64,000 bases of DNA, taken from the NCBI GenBank assembly GCA_002269645.1, contig NIVC01002746.1, positions 79,708 to 143,707 of the forward strand, read 5' to 3'. How positions within the stretch are numbered: the stretch's first letter is position 1; each line of letters opens with the position of its first letter. The position numbers and the translations under genes were made by a program. Below, piece by piece: positions 24,465-49,133 of the stretch. Source of the DNA: Macrostomum lignano. Its lineage: Eukaryota. Below the pieces are notes generated by a model that was not told the origin of the DNA, ran no database searches, and was given only the letters and a program-made list of their open reading frames with translations.

Positions 24465-24945
24465 GATGAGACAGACGGGAGATTATAGATGAGACAGTGA
24501 GACTAGATATGAGAAATGTGAAGATTTATATTTGACAGGGAGAATAGATATGAGACAGGGAGATTAGATATGAGACAGAGAGATCAGATATGAAACAGGG
24601 AGATTAGATGACACAGGGAGATTAGAGATGAGACAGGGGGACTGGGGGAGATTAGAGATGAAAAAGGTGGAGACTATATTTGACAGGAAGATTATAGATT
24701 AGACAGGAGAAAGATTAGAGATTAGACAAGGGGGATTAGAGATGGCATTGGTGGAGATAAGAGATGAGACAGGTGGAGATTAGATATGAGATAGGAGAAA
24801 GATTAGAGATGAGACAGTGTGATTAGATATGAGACAGGGAGATCAGATATGAAACAGGGAGTTTAGATATGAGACAGGGAGATTAGAGATGAGACAGGGA
24901 GATTATAAAAGATGAGACAGGGAGAGATTAGAGATAAGACAGGCT
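24465..24945. repeat. Degenerate GA-rich ~20-bp repeat (GAGATTAGATATGAGACAGG)
   Basis: Direct reading. Confidence 0.8.
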
Positions 24946-25006
24946 AAGAGAATAGCGAACAATCATGAGATTAGAGTGTCAGGCGAGGCCCCAGCGCAGC
25001 CCAGCA

Positions 25007-29217
<4,211 letters not shown>

Positions 29218-29359
29218 GACGATGCTGGGCTGGCTCTTCAGTTTTCGAGCTGGATAAATTATAGAAAATATGAGGATTGCAACTGGAAGAAAAAAACAAA
29301 TCAAATATTCAAGTCGCTACAGTGGTGTTGTGCGGATTAACGCAACGCGAAACAGATGG

Positions 29360-29880
29360 GGAGGGATGGGGAAATGGGGGTGATGATGGGGAATTGTGAG
29401 TGAGGGATGGGGAAATGGGGGTGAAGGATGGGGAAATGGAGGTGAAGGATGGGGAAATGAGTGAGGCATGGGAAAATGGGAGTGAGGGATGGGGAAATAG
29501 GAGTGAGGGATGGGGAAATAGGAGTGAGGGATGGGGAAATAGGAGTGAGGGATGGGGAAATGGGGGTGAAGGATGGGGAAATGTGAGTGAGGGATGGGGA
29601 AATGAGGCATGGGAAAATTGGAGTGAGGGATGGGGAAATAGGAATGAGGGATGGGGAAATAGGAGTGAGGGATGGGGAAATAGGAGTGAGGGATGGGGAA
29701 ATAGGAGTGAGGTATGGGGAAATAGGAGTCTGGGATGGGGAAATGTGAGTGAGGGATGGGGAAATGGGGGTGAAGGATGGCGAAATGTGAGTGAGGGATG
29801 GGGAAATGTGAGTGAGGGATGGGGAAATGTGGGTGAGGGATGGGGAAATGTGAGTGAGGGATTGGGAAATAGATGAGAGA
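29360..29880. repeat. 21-bp G-rich minisatellite (GAGTGAGGGATGGGGAAATAG)
   Basis: Direct reading. Confidence 0.93.
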
Positions 29881-30574
29881 TGGGGAGTGATTGGTGGCGA
29901 AATAGTGGTGCGAGATGGGAAAACAGCTGTAGGGTGTGGGGATTTTAGTTTCTAATTCAGTTGGCGTTGAACCAGTAAAAAAAAATTGAAAGAACGGATC
30001 TGCAATTTTGTGATACAATCTTCGAAATTATTTTATAATTTGTAACTTAAAAAGCTTTGATATAGTGTATAATTTTTATGACCAAAAATTTTGCAACAAT
30101 ATTTAATTTAAGAAAGCAATCAAATACAAAATAGGACAAATAATTGCAGACAATATCAATCTTGATAGCTATTGGTAGCTTGACTATAGGAGTCAATTAA
30201 GGAACTGATTTATGAAATATTACTAAGCTTACTAAATTAGAAAAGTTATTGGAAAAATTAGAGTGATTCAAATAAATATCCAACATGAACGGCAAAAATC
30301 GAACATCTTGTACAAAGCAATTTACTCTGCAACACAGTTCTAAATACGGTTATAATCCAATAAACTGACAATCATTATTAACATAAACCAGGCATCTATA
30401 ATCACAGAGACTGTGGATTGCACAGTCGATTTGTTGGCCTTATATGAACTGACGAATCTTATAGAACTTTACTTAATAGCACGATGTACTAGGACGGGAT
30501 CCAACGCCTACTAAGCTGACCGGGATCACATAAGTATATCAAGTTCGTTTCATTCCGAAGGCTGCAGCTACAGT

Positions 30575-31070
30575 TATATTGCCTTGGATGGGAGGGTGGC
30601 TGCAGCTCCAATTTTATTACCCTGGATGGGAGGGAGGGGGTTGCAGCTCCAGTTTTATTACCCTGGATAGGAGGACACTGCAGCTCTAGTTTTATTACCC
30701 TGAATAGGAGGGGGTTGCAGCTCCAGTTTTATTACCCTGAATAGGAGGGGGTTGCAGCTCCAGTTTTATTACCTGAATAGGAGGGGGCTGCAGCTCCAGT
30801 TTTATTACCCTGGATGGGAGGGGGCTGTAGCTTCAGTTTTATTACCCTGGATGGGAGGGAGGAGTTGCAACTCAAGTTTTATTACCCTGGATGGGAGAGG
30901 GTTGCAGCTCCAGTTTTATTACCCTGGATGGGAGGGGGCTGTAGCTCCAGTTTTATTACCCTGGATGGGAGGGAGGACTTGCAACTCCAGTTTTATTACC
31001 CTGGATGGGAGGGAGGAGTTTCAACTCCAGTCTTATTACCCTGGATGGGAGAGGGTTGCAGCTCCAGTTG
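30575..31070. repeat. ~33-36-bp minisatellite (GCAGCTCCAGTTTTATTACCCTGGATGGGAGGGGGTT)
   Basis: Direct reading. Confidence 0.9.
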
Positions 31071-32004
31071 TATTACATTCACGCAAAAAAGAATTATTAT
31101 AATATAGAAAAAAGTAACGCATAAGCACATAGCACTACTTATTGCTAAATAAGTAACAACTAGTAGAAAATATTAGAAAAATGTTAATAAAACAATCAGC
31201 AATGGTTCTTCAAAAATGTGTATAGGTGACGAATCGAGAATTAGGTATAAAATTGATTATGCTTGAAATTAAACAGCATACTGCCAAAGTGAGAACTGAA
31301 TTTACTTCTTTTGTAAGCAAAACAAATAACGCCGTGACAACACGGTAAGGACAACGCTTGACTAAAGACAATAATACAAATCTAATGGCTCTTAAACGTG
31401 AAACCGATCTGTGACAGAACTGAAAAAGCACGAACTTATAAGGTATCATTATAATCAACAGCAGAGCAATAATTCACAGCCCACAATGGCTGCATCGTGA
31501 ACGCATCCAGTAAATATTGCACATTGCCTGCATAGTTATGCTGATGTAGCTAAACAATAGAATGAATGTAATATTTATTGAAATCGCGAGCAAGATTGAA
31601 AAGAGGTTAGCAATAAAATACAAAATAGAAAGAACTGCACAGAATGAATAGGTGAGATATAGAGGTCACAAATATAGATTGTAGACATTTATGATAGAAA
31701 AAAGTAGTTGGCCAACAAGGCAAGATGAAGAGACACAGATTCGTTTAGAAATCAGAATAATGAAGAAAAAAATTAATATCAAGAAATAGCATATTTATCA
31801 TCGAACTGACTACAATCAATAATAAATTCAATATAGGTATACGCTACTTGACAGAAATACATGACAGAGTGAAGTCTAATCATAGAATGTTGAATCGCTT
31901 TTTGATTATTCCTATTTCGTGGAGTTCAGTTTATTAACAAATTTATTATTTTATAAATTTAAAAGTGCCAATAGTTATAAGTGAAAACACACTACCGACT
32001 CAGC

Positions 32005-39735
<7,731 letters not shown>

Positions 39736-40569
39736 CTGAGGGACAGAATATAACCAGAAATCTGGCCTTGTAGTGTCGGATTCTAAATGATTGTGCTGTA
39801 TTCTAAGTCTACTTCTCTCACACTTATCATTAGGCATATTCTCACAGACTATAATATGCTATCCATTGCTTACAGGGATATTTTCAATTGGCAAATATGA
39901 ACTAAAATTCTGTATTTTGGCAAGTCTATATTTTGGCAAATAAACTAGTATAAATATAATATGAGTGTTGCAAAACATTTCTAAACTGTGATCACTGAAA
40001 CTATACCTAAAATCTCTTCTCTTTTAGCTTTGTTTCATATAGGCATAAAATTTCACAGCAATACCATCTACCAAAAGTTATAAGCATTTCAAAACTGTAC
40101 CCAAGAAATTTTTAACAGAACTTGGCAATGCACACAGTGCTACAGGTAGTCGCTCATAATTGCGGTCACAATCGGGAAGATAGAACTTTCTGATGCACTC
40201 CAGAACAGTGTCACCAATAGGCTTCAAAGATGATGCTTTCTTTAACTCCTTAACCATCCAGATAACAAACCTTACTTGGTCATTGCCACCATGCAAGTGC
40301 AGCCAATGCTGGATTGCCAAGTCGATTCCAATTGGCCAGGGTCTTGGATTGTGGAGGGTCAGCGTGCATCCCCATGGCAAGCCACCTACCTACCAGTGAT
40401 GACAACCCGTGACAATCTGCCAGCACTGCCATTCACACCTGGACAGAGGAACTGCTCATCAGTGTACCAAAATGCTAAGAAGAAGCAATCTCTAAGACAA
40501 ATTCTCTCTGGATGAACATGGTGCGGAGATTCATTCTCGACTGATGTAGTTAAAAGCAAATGTGCAGTG

Positions 40570-41460
40570 GAGGTATCTGTATCAAGTTCCATGCCTTGCT
40601 TTGGCTATCTCCAAAAGAGACATACAAAATCATGCATCAAGCCAAGGCAGACTCTTGTTTATCATATGACACTGTTTGTCGCTAGATGGCAAATGTTCTT
40701 GACAGCAAAGAAGACATTCAAGATAAACCTCAAAGTAGGCCTTGTTTAACGAGAACAACATAGTTGGTGCAGAAGGTAGAAGCTGCTTTATAAGAGGATC
40801 ACCATGTCACCTCTTGTCAGCTGGCTGAGTCTACTTGCATATCTCTAAACACAATCTATATATTGCTAACTGAAGATCTTGGAGTCTTGAAGATTCTCTC
40901 AAATTTGTTGTTTATTTCCTATAAAATGAGTAGAAGCTCTGCTGCACAACTCTTAGTGTAGCTTATCTGCAAAGACACAGGCGCAAGAGGATTTAGTTTT
41001 TTTCAGAGAATTGTAGCTTATAATAAGAATTAGACTTTTTTGTAGAAGGCTAAACTGAAAGGGCAGAGCGTATCTTGGTGCCAGCCTGGTTTTCCAAGGC
41101 CAATAAAGGCTGCAAAGAGCATTGCTTAGCAGAAAACCATGCATGTGACATTCTTTGATTGCAAGGGCATCATCTTCAATCAGGCTATTCTTCTCAGCCG
41201 AATAGTCAATGGTGACTATTATTTGGAAATGCTGCGCAAGGTGCAGAGCCATTTGCAACAAAAGGCCAAGCTTACATGCCTAGGGCCTATAGATACTCTA
41301 CTGCAAGACAACATTGCTCTGCATTGCAAGAAATCAATGATTGAAGCCAACTCCTTATAAGGCTTGGAAATTCTTTTATACCCACCTTATTTGCTGGATC
41401 TTAGCCTATGTACCTTTTTCCTCTTTCCTAGTATCAAGGAGACAATGCAAGGCCACTAGG
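40570..41460 (+). pseudogene. Degenerate mariner (Tc1/mariner) transposase
   Basis: VTFFDCKGII...VNGDYYLEML, LLQDNIALH, LYPPYLLDL...FLFP.IK, and LTEDLG.LK resemble DD34D mariner motifs; many stops. Confidence 0.75.
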
Positions 41461-44400
41461 GTCCCAATTGTGTAGTAGTGTATGCTAGAACAAGAATTCT
41501 ATCTTAGCTAAATGTATGCCAATGTACACCAAAAATTCTGCCTAAAAAAGTCATTTGGTTTCCACAAGTAGAGTTTCTTAAGTAAGGCTTTTGTACAAAA
41601 AGTATTTTTTAAATATTATAAATATTTTTATTTAAAACAAACTTAAATTAAACCTACATAAATAATTAGGCCTATGCAAAATTTATATTCTTAGCAATCA
41701 CTTATACTTATTTTATTAATTGTTAATTTTAAAGAAGCAAAGAGTTTATCACTGACTTTTTAGACTATATAAATTTCCTTTATTTTATATAAAAACATTA
41801 ATTTACAATATAATTTTCATGCATGGCATGAATTTATTTACCAAAATTGGTATGCCAAAAAAATTGGCATCAATTTGTGCACCAAAATTGGAATGCCAAC
41901 TTTGAAAAGGTCATTTATATGCCAGAATTTTCTAGTGTACACATACAATTTATACATGCATAACACCTATCCAACCCATCCATAGTCCAGAAGGTGGCTT
42001 TTACGCCGGAAAATTCCGGCATATTTTTGGTCTTGCTAACAATCTTGGTGTATACTTGGCATATAGAATTTTTAGGTTTGACATGAAGTGTACACATACA
42101 AAAAATAGTCAAGTTCAAGGCTAATGTAATTGTGTAGTTAAATATCAACCAACGTCTAAAGCTTTTTAAAAATATTTGAAAACTAAAATAGAAAATAACA
42201 CAAAATTATAAGGTCCAAATTAAAACAAAGAATATCAGTTTTTAGCAAAAAAATAGCCATTTTAAAGTTAGGCCCTAGGTAAAAGTTTTGAATTCCTAAA
42301 AGTATATATGCTTTGAAAAAATTACGTATAAACAATTTTAGTCTTGGTATAAAAAAAATTTTATTTTACATTGGCGACGTCGGCATAAAATTGAAAAACA
42401 TGAATTTTCATTCTAGCGTATGCCTGCCATGATCCAGACTAAGGGCCTATGGCAACTAATCCAAACCAGATGGGTGAAATGGCTGCTGGCCAAGGTAAGT
42501 TGCAAAATCAAAAACAAAAAAAATGAAAATTGGGGGGAAAAAGAAAAAAAGAAGAGAAAAGGAAAAGAAAGGAGGGAGAAGAGAGAGAAGGGAAAGAGGA
42601 AAAATAAAGAGAAAGAGAAAAGAAGATCAGAAAAAGGCAAGAAAAGTCATATACAAAATGAAAATCAAGTCGCAATTGGGAAGAACTAAGTTGCAATTGG
42701 GAGGAACTAAGTCACAATTGAAAGAAACTAAGTTGCAAATCTAGACAAAACTGTCACACCAGACAGGTGAAATTTTGGGTCACTGGTCAGATCGTCATAT
42801 TCTATTTCGTCATATTGGATGACGAAATGACTAGAAGCAAAGTAGCTTTAAAAAAATTATGACAAAGTTACCAAATATTTATTTATGCTGGATACTTCTT
42901 CATCAACCAATTAATCTATGTGAGATTCAAGTTAGTGTAAACCACCATTTTTTGTTTTTATTAACTATAAGCTGTGGCAAGCAGAACCGATTGATCAACA
43001 GGTTTTATCAATCCAGATGACAAAATGACTGGGATCATTTGGATTTTAAGTAGGCCCCGTATGTTTAACAGTTTAATTGTCACATTAATTCACTTGAAGT
43101 TGGAAATAATATAATTGGTGGATGACAAAATGACTCTCTTCAGGTAGTGCATGCATGCTAATTAAGATAGCCTAACGAAGTGACCATAGTCAAGGTAAGC
43201 ACCCCAGACACCCAGATGACGAAATGGCAGATGACAAAATGACTAGGAACCAAATTTTGAAGTTGGGCATGTATGGGCGTACATGTAAGCCCCCCTAACC
43301 CTCTGGAGTCTGGCAAGGCCAATGTTTTAGCAGCAAAGAGGAAGTCAATGAGGCGAGGCTTATCACAAAAGAATGGCCGCCACAACAAAAAGTGGCATCA
43401 GTGCTAACATTGATAGGCCTAGACTTATGCGGCAATAGAAAAAATGCCTTGCGGCTTGTAAAAGTAAAAAAATATTAAAAAATAACTTACAAGCATCCTC
43501 GCAAGTAAGTAAGGTAGGGGCCTATTATAATAATATCAACTGAAAGCTATTTATCAGCAAGGGTAAGAATAACGAAAGAGTAGGCCTATGCAGCTCAAAA
43601 ACAAGAAATTAGACCGGACCTTAAAATAATAGGTTGGTTAGACGTAGACGTAATTATTTGTAGTTTTTTTCAGGACTTCAGTCTTCACTTAACTGCATGA
43701 ACAAGTTGTATTTTTATTTTCTGCAAGTTAAAAAAACTAAATTTCCAAGATATACAAAGTAAACATCAGGTAAAACGGAAAACTAAATGTCTGTTATTTA
43801 AGGCTCGGTTTGTTTAATTTTAAAATAATAATTCACTTTAAAAGCCTAGCAGCAACTAAAAATTATTTTGGAGGTGTCAATAATACATAACAAATTTTCT
43901 TAGAAATACATGCATTTAGACTAAAATATAGGCCTATACTGTCTGGGTCTGACAAGTTATTGAAAAAATTAGTGTGTCAATATGAAAATGGACGCAAGGT
44001 TGCTGTGCGCAGTACACTTTGCTAGAATTTGTTCATTCTGCTAGAATTAATTTAAACTTTGCTAGAATTTTTTTATTAGTATAACTCATGTTTTGATGTT
44101 GACATTATGACATTTCAGCCTGTTAGTTATTATTGTCAAGAAATTGTAGCTATATAGTGTCTGGCATAGCTAAGCTATTATATTTATATTAATAGGGCAT
44201 AGGCCAAATTTTCATAGCCTAATTATTAAAATCTTATTTAAAATAGGTTGTATTGGAAAATTAGTCATTCTTATTTATTTTTTAATTAAATTTGTTATAC
44301 TTTTATATAGTACTTTAAAATAGTCTATAGATCATTTGTTAGGCCTAATAATAATATTAATAATATATCACATTTTATTTTTAAATGAAAGGCAGTTGGG

Positions 44401-45417
44401 CTGCTGGACATTTTGTCATCTTAAATAATGTAGGGCCTATTCAGCCAAATTTTTGTAGGCCTATTGTTTATTGCCAAAATGCTAAATAATAATGAAGGGA
44501 CTAGACAGACAAACCTGGTCCATTCATTAGGCCTACCTGCACAATTTATTGACTAATCTTTAATACCATGCATATCACTGCCAGAAAGAATATTTATAGA
44601 AATCAATAAGAAGCTACACTATTAACTTTTGTAATAGGTCTATAATCCTTCAAATATTGAATTTGTTTAAAATTGTATTGGGGGGGTCTAGTTAGATAAT
44701 GAAAAGGAAGGGGTAATATTTCATTTTGCAATCACTTCAATGGTAGTTTTATATCATGTAAAAGTAAATCATATTACAAAAAGGTAGCAAGTTCTCATTT
44801 TTAGCAATTGCAATAAGTTTATATTTGCTTGTTTTTGTATACAATCTAGACCATGCGCATCTCCCCTCACTTTCATCTTACAATCCTATTCACATAGTGA
44901 GTTCATTAAGATTTTTATAGATGACAAAGTGGCCAAGCTTATTGAGTACCTTTATTAATACATAACAAAGTGACCAATAGGCAATATAAGGTATAATAGA
45001 TGACAAAATGTCTAGGAACTGACAGTCAGACCTTTGACATTTCTTTTAAACTTGTATACTAAAATCTAACTAAAATGGCATGCTAAACCATTGGCATCAA
45101 TGTCAAAGATAATATAGGCCATTATAGATTTTTGACATAAAAATTGCAATGTAGAAAAATTGCACACCTGTGCAAGCAGCAACAATTGGACATTTTTTGT
45201 AACTGATTGCATTAAACTGCAATGTGATTGCACACAGGAGGCACAATTCAGAGCACTGTTGCACTATAAAGGACACTGAGATACTGGCATTTAAGTTTTG
45301 AAGCCAGGGTATCACTCATAGCACCATGTTTTGGATAGTAAAGCAGAGGCAAATGAAGCTTTAATAATGCTAAATAAGCTACTTGAATTTTCATGCATGC
45401 CTACTATAAGTAGCATA

Positions 45418-46596
45418 ATGTGGCGGCAGCGCCTATCCTCAGCTGTAGTAGTTGATAATTTTGGTCGCCAGCCCAGCCGCTGCCTGGCTGCACCCTATCT
45501 GTGGCATTGGCGTGTGAACTGGAAGCCGAAGCCCGCCCTGTCCGAGGCTGAAGTGCCGCGAGATCAGCGTCGACTGCCTATCCGACCCAAGGTGCCAACG
45601 TCCAATGCTGGCTCGCTAGTGTCGCCAGGCGCCAAGTGGCATTATACACAGAGTCGGGCAATTTTTCGCGGTCCGGAACTTGTGCATAATAAGCTTATCC
45701 ATAAGCAGTTTGGAGTGCAGGTAAATCGGCTCCTGAGTCATGCATTTAGAATTGCTCCTGAGTCGTGCATTCAGAATGGCCTCTGAGTCAAGTATTTAGA
45801 ATGTCTCCCGAGTCATCTGTTTGAAATCGTCCCTGAGCCATCTACCTGAGCCTTTAGAATCGTCCCTGAGCTATCTACCTGAGCCTTTAGAATCGTCCCT
45901 GAGCTATCTACCCGAGCCTTTAGAATCGTCCCTGAGCCATCTACCTGAGCCTTTAGAATCGTCCCTGAGCCATCTACCTGAGCCTTTAGAATCGTCCCTG
46001 AGCCACCTACCTGAGCCTTCAGAATCGCCCCTGAGCCACCTACCTGAGCCTTCAGAATCGCCTCTGAGCCACCTACCTGAGCCTTCAGAATCGCCCTTAT
46101 CAAATAACTGCCAACCCCAAACCACCGACTCTTTCAGGCCCTAGAGGCTGGCGTGATGTTACACAATCACTTCGAAACCATCCGGATGTCGTTGAACCGG
46201 AAGCTGGACCTGGACCGGATGTTCGCAGTCTGGCGCGTTGACGCCCCCTGGATGGCGGGCTACAAGCGGCCGCCCGGCCTCACCCTTGGCGGCGGTAAAC
46301 GCGATCCGAAATTCTACAAATCGCCAGTAAAAGACGAGCGAATCATTTTGGAATTGGGCGGCAATCTCGATTGGCAGGAGGCATTTCGAATGCTGCGCCA
46401 GATGGCTGGCTATCTGCCCTTCAAAGCTCGATTCGTGTCGCAGGAGATGCTCGACTTTGAGCAACGTTACGACCAGTACGTCTCGGAGGTGAACGTTAAT
46501 CCGTTCGATTTTGACTTTGTTCGCAAGCACAACCTGTGCAACGTCGAACGACACCTGACCCCGTATGCTATTAAGCACGGTCGGCGGTGGTGGTAG
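45418..46596 (+). CDS. MRPL16: Mitochondrial ribosomal protein L16; join(45418..45720,46138..46596), 253 aa
   Basis: IFRGPE, HFETIRMSLNR, MFAVWRVDAP, LGGGK, PVK..RIILELGG, LPFKARFVS, NPFDF. Confidence 0.9.
45725..46095. repeat. ~33-bp minisatellite (GAGCCATCTACCTGAGCCTTTAGAATCGTCCCT) in the MRPL16 intron
   Basis: Direct reading. Confidence 0.93.
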
Positions 46597-46854
46597 CTCT
46601 TTTGCACTGATGTTTGCTTCAATTCGCGGTACGGTGCGTGCATTTCATCGCCTTGCATTGTGCTGTCGTGTCGGTGTGTTGCAGACGTTGCACTTAACAC
46701 ATGCTTTTTGAGATTTTTTACCGTCATAAATTATACTATGTTGTAGTAGTGTTAAATATAAATTGTCAGCAGTAATTAACGTTCATTTGATCATTTCTAT
46801 GCGAGCAATATTTATTAAAAGCCATCTTTAATTGTCTTGATTTACTATACCTGC

Positions 46855-47030
46855 AGGGTTGCCGTAGCCCAGTGGTCTAGCTCTGATGTGCCAGCGGCCC
46901 AGGCTTGATTCCAAGTGCAGTCCCATTAATTTGGGGCTAAATTTTAATCTCGGCTTGGCTCTGCTCGTTCACCTTGAGGCCCAACCCTCAAGGCACAGTA
47001 AAGTGTACATGCCTAACGATAAATAAAGTT
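46855..47030 (+). mobile_element. Possible tRNA-derived SINE
   Basis: A-box-like GTAGCCCAGTGGTCTAG, degenerate B box GGCTTGATTCC, followed by a GC-rich body. Confidence 0.35.
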
Positions 47031-47042
47031 CGGGCTGCTGTT

Positions 47043-47455
47043 GTCGGATGAACATGTAGCAGCCTCTTTCACAGCTCCAAAACTTCATATTTCAGGGTTA
47101 AGGCTTCTCGGATGTACATGTAGCAGCCTCTTTCACAGCTCCAAAACTTCATATTTCAGGGTTAGGCTTCTCGGATGTACATGTAGCAGCCTCTTTCACA
47201 GCTCCAAAACTTCATATTTCAGGGTTAGGGTTAGGCTTCTCGGATGTACATGTAGCAGCCTCTTTCACAACTCCAAAACTTCATATTTCAGGATTAGGGT
47301 TAGGCTTCTCGGATGTACATGTAGCAGCCTCTTTCACAGCTCCAAAACTTCATATTTCAGGGTTAGGCTTCTCGGATGTACATGTAGCAGCCTCTTTCAC
47401 ATCTCCAAAACTTCATATTTCAGGGTTAGGGTTAGGCTTCTCGGATGTACATGTA
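47043..47455. repeat. 57/63-bp tandem repeat containing TTAGGG hexamers, ~7 copies
   Basis: Unit TCGGATGTACATGTAGCAGCCTCTTTCACAGCTCCAAAACTTCATATTTCAGGG(TTAGGG)TTAGGCTTC. Confidence 0.92.
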
Positions 47456-47559
47456 TGAAATAGATGCTTTCGGAGCATGGTGACCACACCTGCACTATTT
47501 TAGTATTTTGCACTATTTTTATTTTTCTGCTCAATTGCACAACTATTTTTGAAATACAC

Positions 47560-48416
47560 TAATAAATTTCACTAACTGCTCAAAAACTTTGAGAAGTTGG
47601 TTCAACGTGAAGCTACGCAACGCAGGTTCAACGTTGAACCTGCTATCAGCCGCTCTTGACCAGGTTTGTAGCGACATGCTGCTCAGATTTGTTCGTCCTG
47701 ACGTGGTGGAGGCGGCAACATCACTCTCCAATCTCTTCACTGCTGCAAAGGATCACTCTAACCAGCTAGTCAACGCTGAGCTGAGGAGCCAACATCAGGA
47801 CCACTATTGGCCGCCTGCCCAAAATAGATCGAGTGGGCTTTTTAAGGCAGTGCGAGACTTCTATGTTGAGCTCACCAGTCGCTTCTTTGCCTACCTGCCG
47901 TTGGAAAGCAAACTTCTACGAGCTTGCGCTTTGTTGACCCACATCAACTGCTCGATCACCAATTGAATTTGGAAGAGACGGTCATCCTGATTGCTAAGGC
48001 TATGCCGACTGTAATTGAACCCGCTCGTCTAGACGACCTGTGACTGGAGGTCATTAAGTTGCGTTGAATGCTTTGATTTAGGAGCTCGCTAGAGTCAAAG
48101 AACCGGAGAAGTTCTGGGCCGCATTGCCATGTGAGGAATTTCTATGCCTACCGCATAGAAACGCCGACAGTGAGCGGGTCATCAAATGGATTGCCAACAA
48201 TGTCACGAAGCAGCGAAACCAGCTGGCCGATTATACACTGGACTGTCCTTTGTCCATCAAGTCCTGGCTAAAGGGAAAAAGAGCCATCCGATTTTTGCAC
48301 TGACCGCTCGCTGTTGGTCCTCAGTTTTGATGCCTGTGCAAACGCTGAAGCACGTGCTAAGGCAAAGGAGCGTGAAGAAGTAATGAACCGCCTTCAGAAA
48401 AAGCTAAACATGCAGC
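47560..48416 (+). pseudogene. Degenerate hAT transposase, C-terminal part
   Basis: AVRDFYVEL...LP.ESKLL, then PHRNADSERV...TKQRNQL (hAT dimerisation-domain S.ER.FS...RN.L pattern); frameshifts and stops. Confidence 0.65.
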
Positions 48417-48684
48417 AGTAGTAGGGAAAAAGACGCGTACAGACCCAGAGCACTTTTTAAATAGCAGTTTTAAGGGTCTAGAGGGGGGACACGGGGGGGT
48501 AAATAAAAAAACACATCTAAACACCCTTAACACATCTAAACACCCATAATCACCCACAACCCCCCTTAATACCAAAAAAGCAATATAACCCACCCCCAAC
48601 ACTCCCCCTCGTGTCCCCCCTCTGGAACCTTATAAACGGCCATTAAAAAAGGTCTGATCTGTACGCGTCTTTTTCCCTACTACT
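48417..48684. repeat. Terminal foldback: ~83-bp inverted arms (48417-48499 and ~48604-48684), outer 27 bp identical
   Basis: AGTAGTAGGGAAAAAGACGCGTACAGA at 48417 and its exact reverse complement at 48658-48684. Confidence 0.92.
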
Positions 48685-49133
48685 ACACATCCCAACACTC
48701 CCCAACACTTCTAACACTTCCAAATCTCTATAACCCCTCGCACGCGCCGCAGGCGCGAAGGGGCACAGTCTGACCCAAACTGAGTCATAGAAAAGGAACA
48801 GTGTTTAACTATCTTAAAGCAGCTCACAAAAAGAAAAACTTTGCATGATCACCCCAAAGGGTCGCAGACAGTCTAATGACTAACGCGGGAATTCGGGGTT
48901 TCTATTATACTCATCATTTACCGAAGCGCAAACCTCAGACTCAAACTGGCTACAACGGGAAGGTGAGTTGCTTACTCATGAAAAGCGCTTTTATTATTTT
49001 CAGCACTCCACCCCAAGCTTTAATTGTGTGTATAAGAATGATGAAATCTAAAAAACTAGCCACAGCAAATAGTCTCTTATTTATGCACAACTCCTAATAT
49101 CTGTCTTTTACAAGAACTAACAAACGTATTATC

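Noticed and set aside
40078-40592. Short ORFs upstream of the mariner relic
   Set aside because: No recognisable motif or splice context; cannot be assigned
42413-42744. Lys/Arg/Glu-rich and Phe/Ser/Leu-rich ORFs
   Set aside because: Purine-rich low-complexity tract read in several frames
46883-46898. 16-nt identity with positions 2-17
   Set aside because: One such match is roughly expected by chance in 64 kb and there is no flanking similarity
48417-48684. Stand-alone MITE
   Set aside because: No target-site duplication (TGCAGC versus ACACAT), and AGTAGT matches Polinton termini
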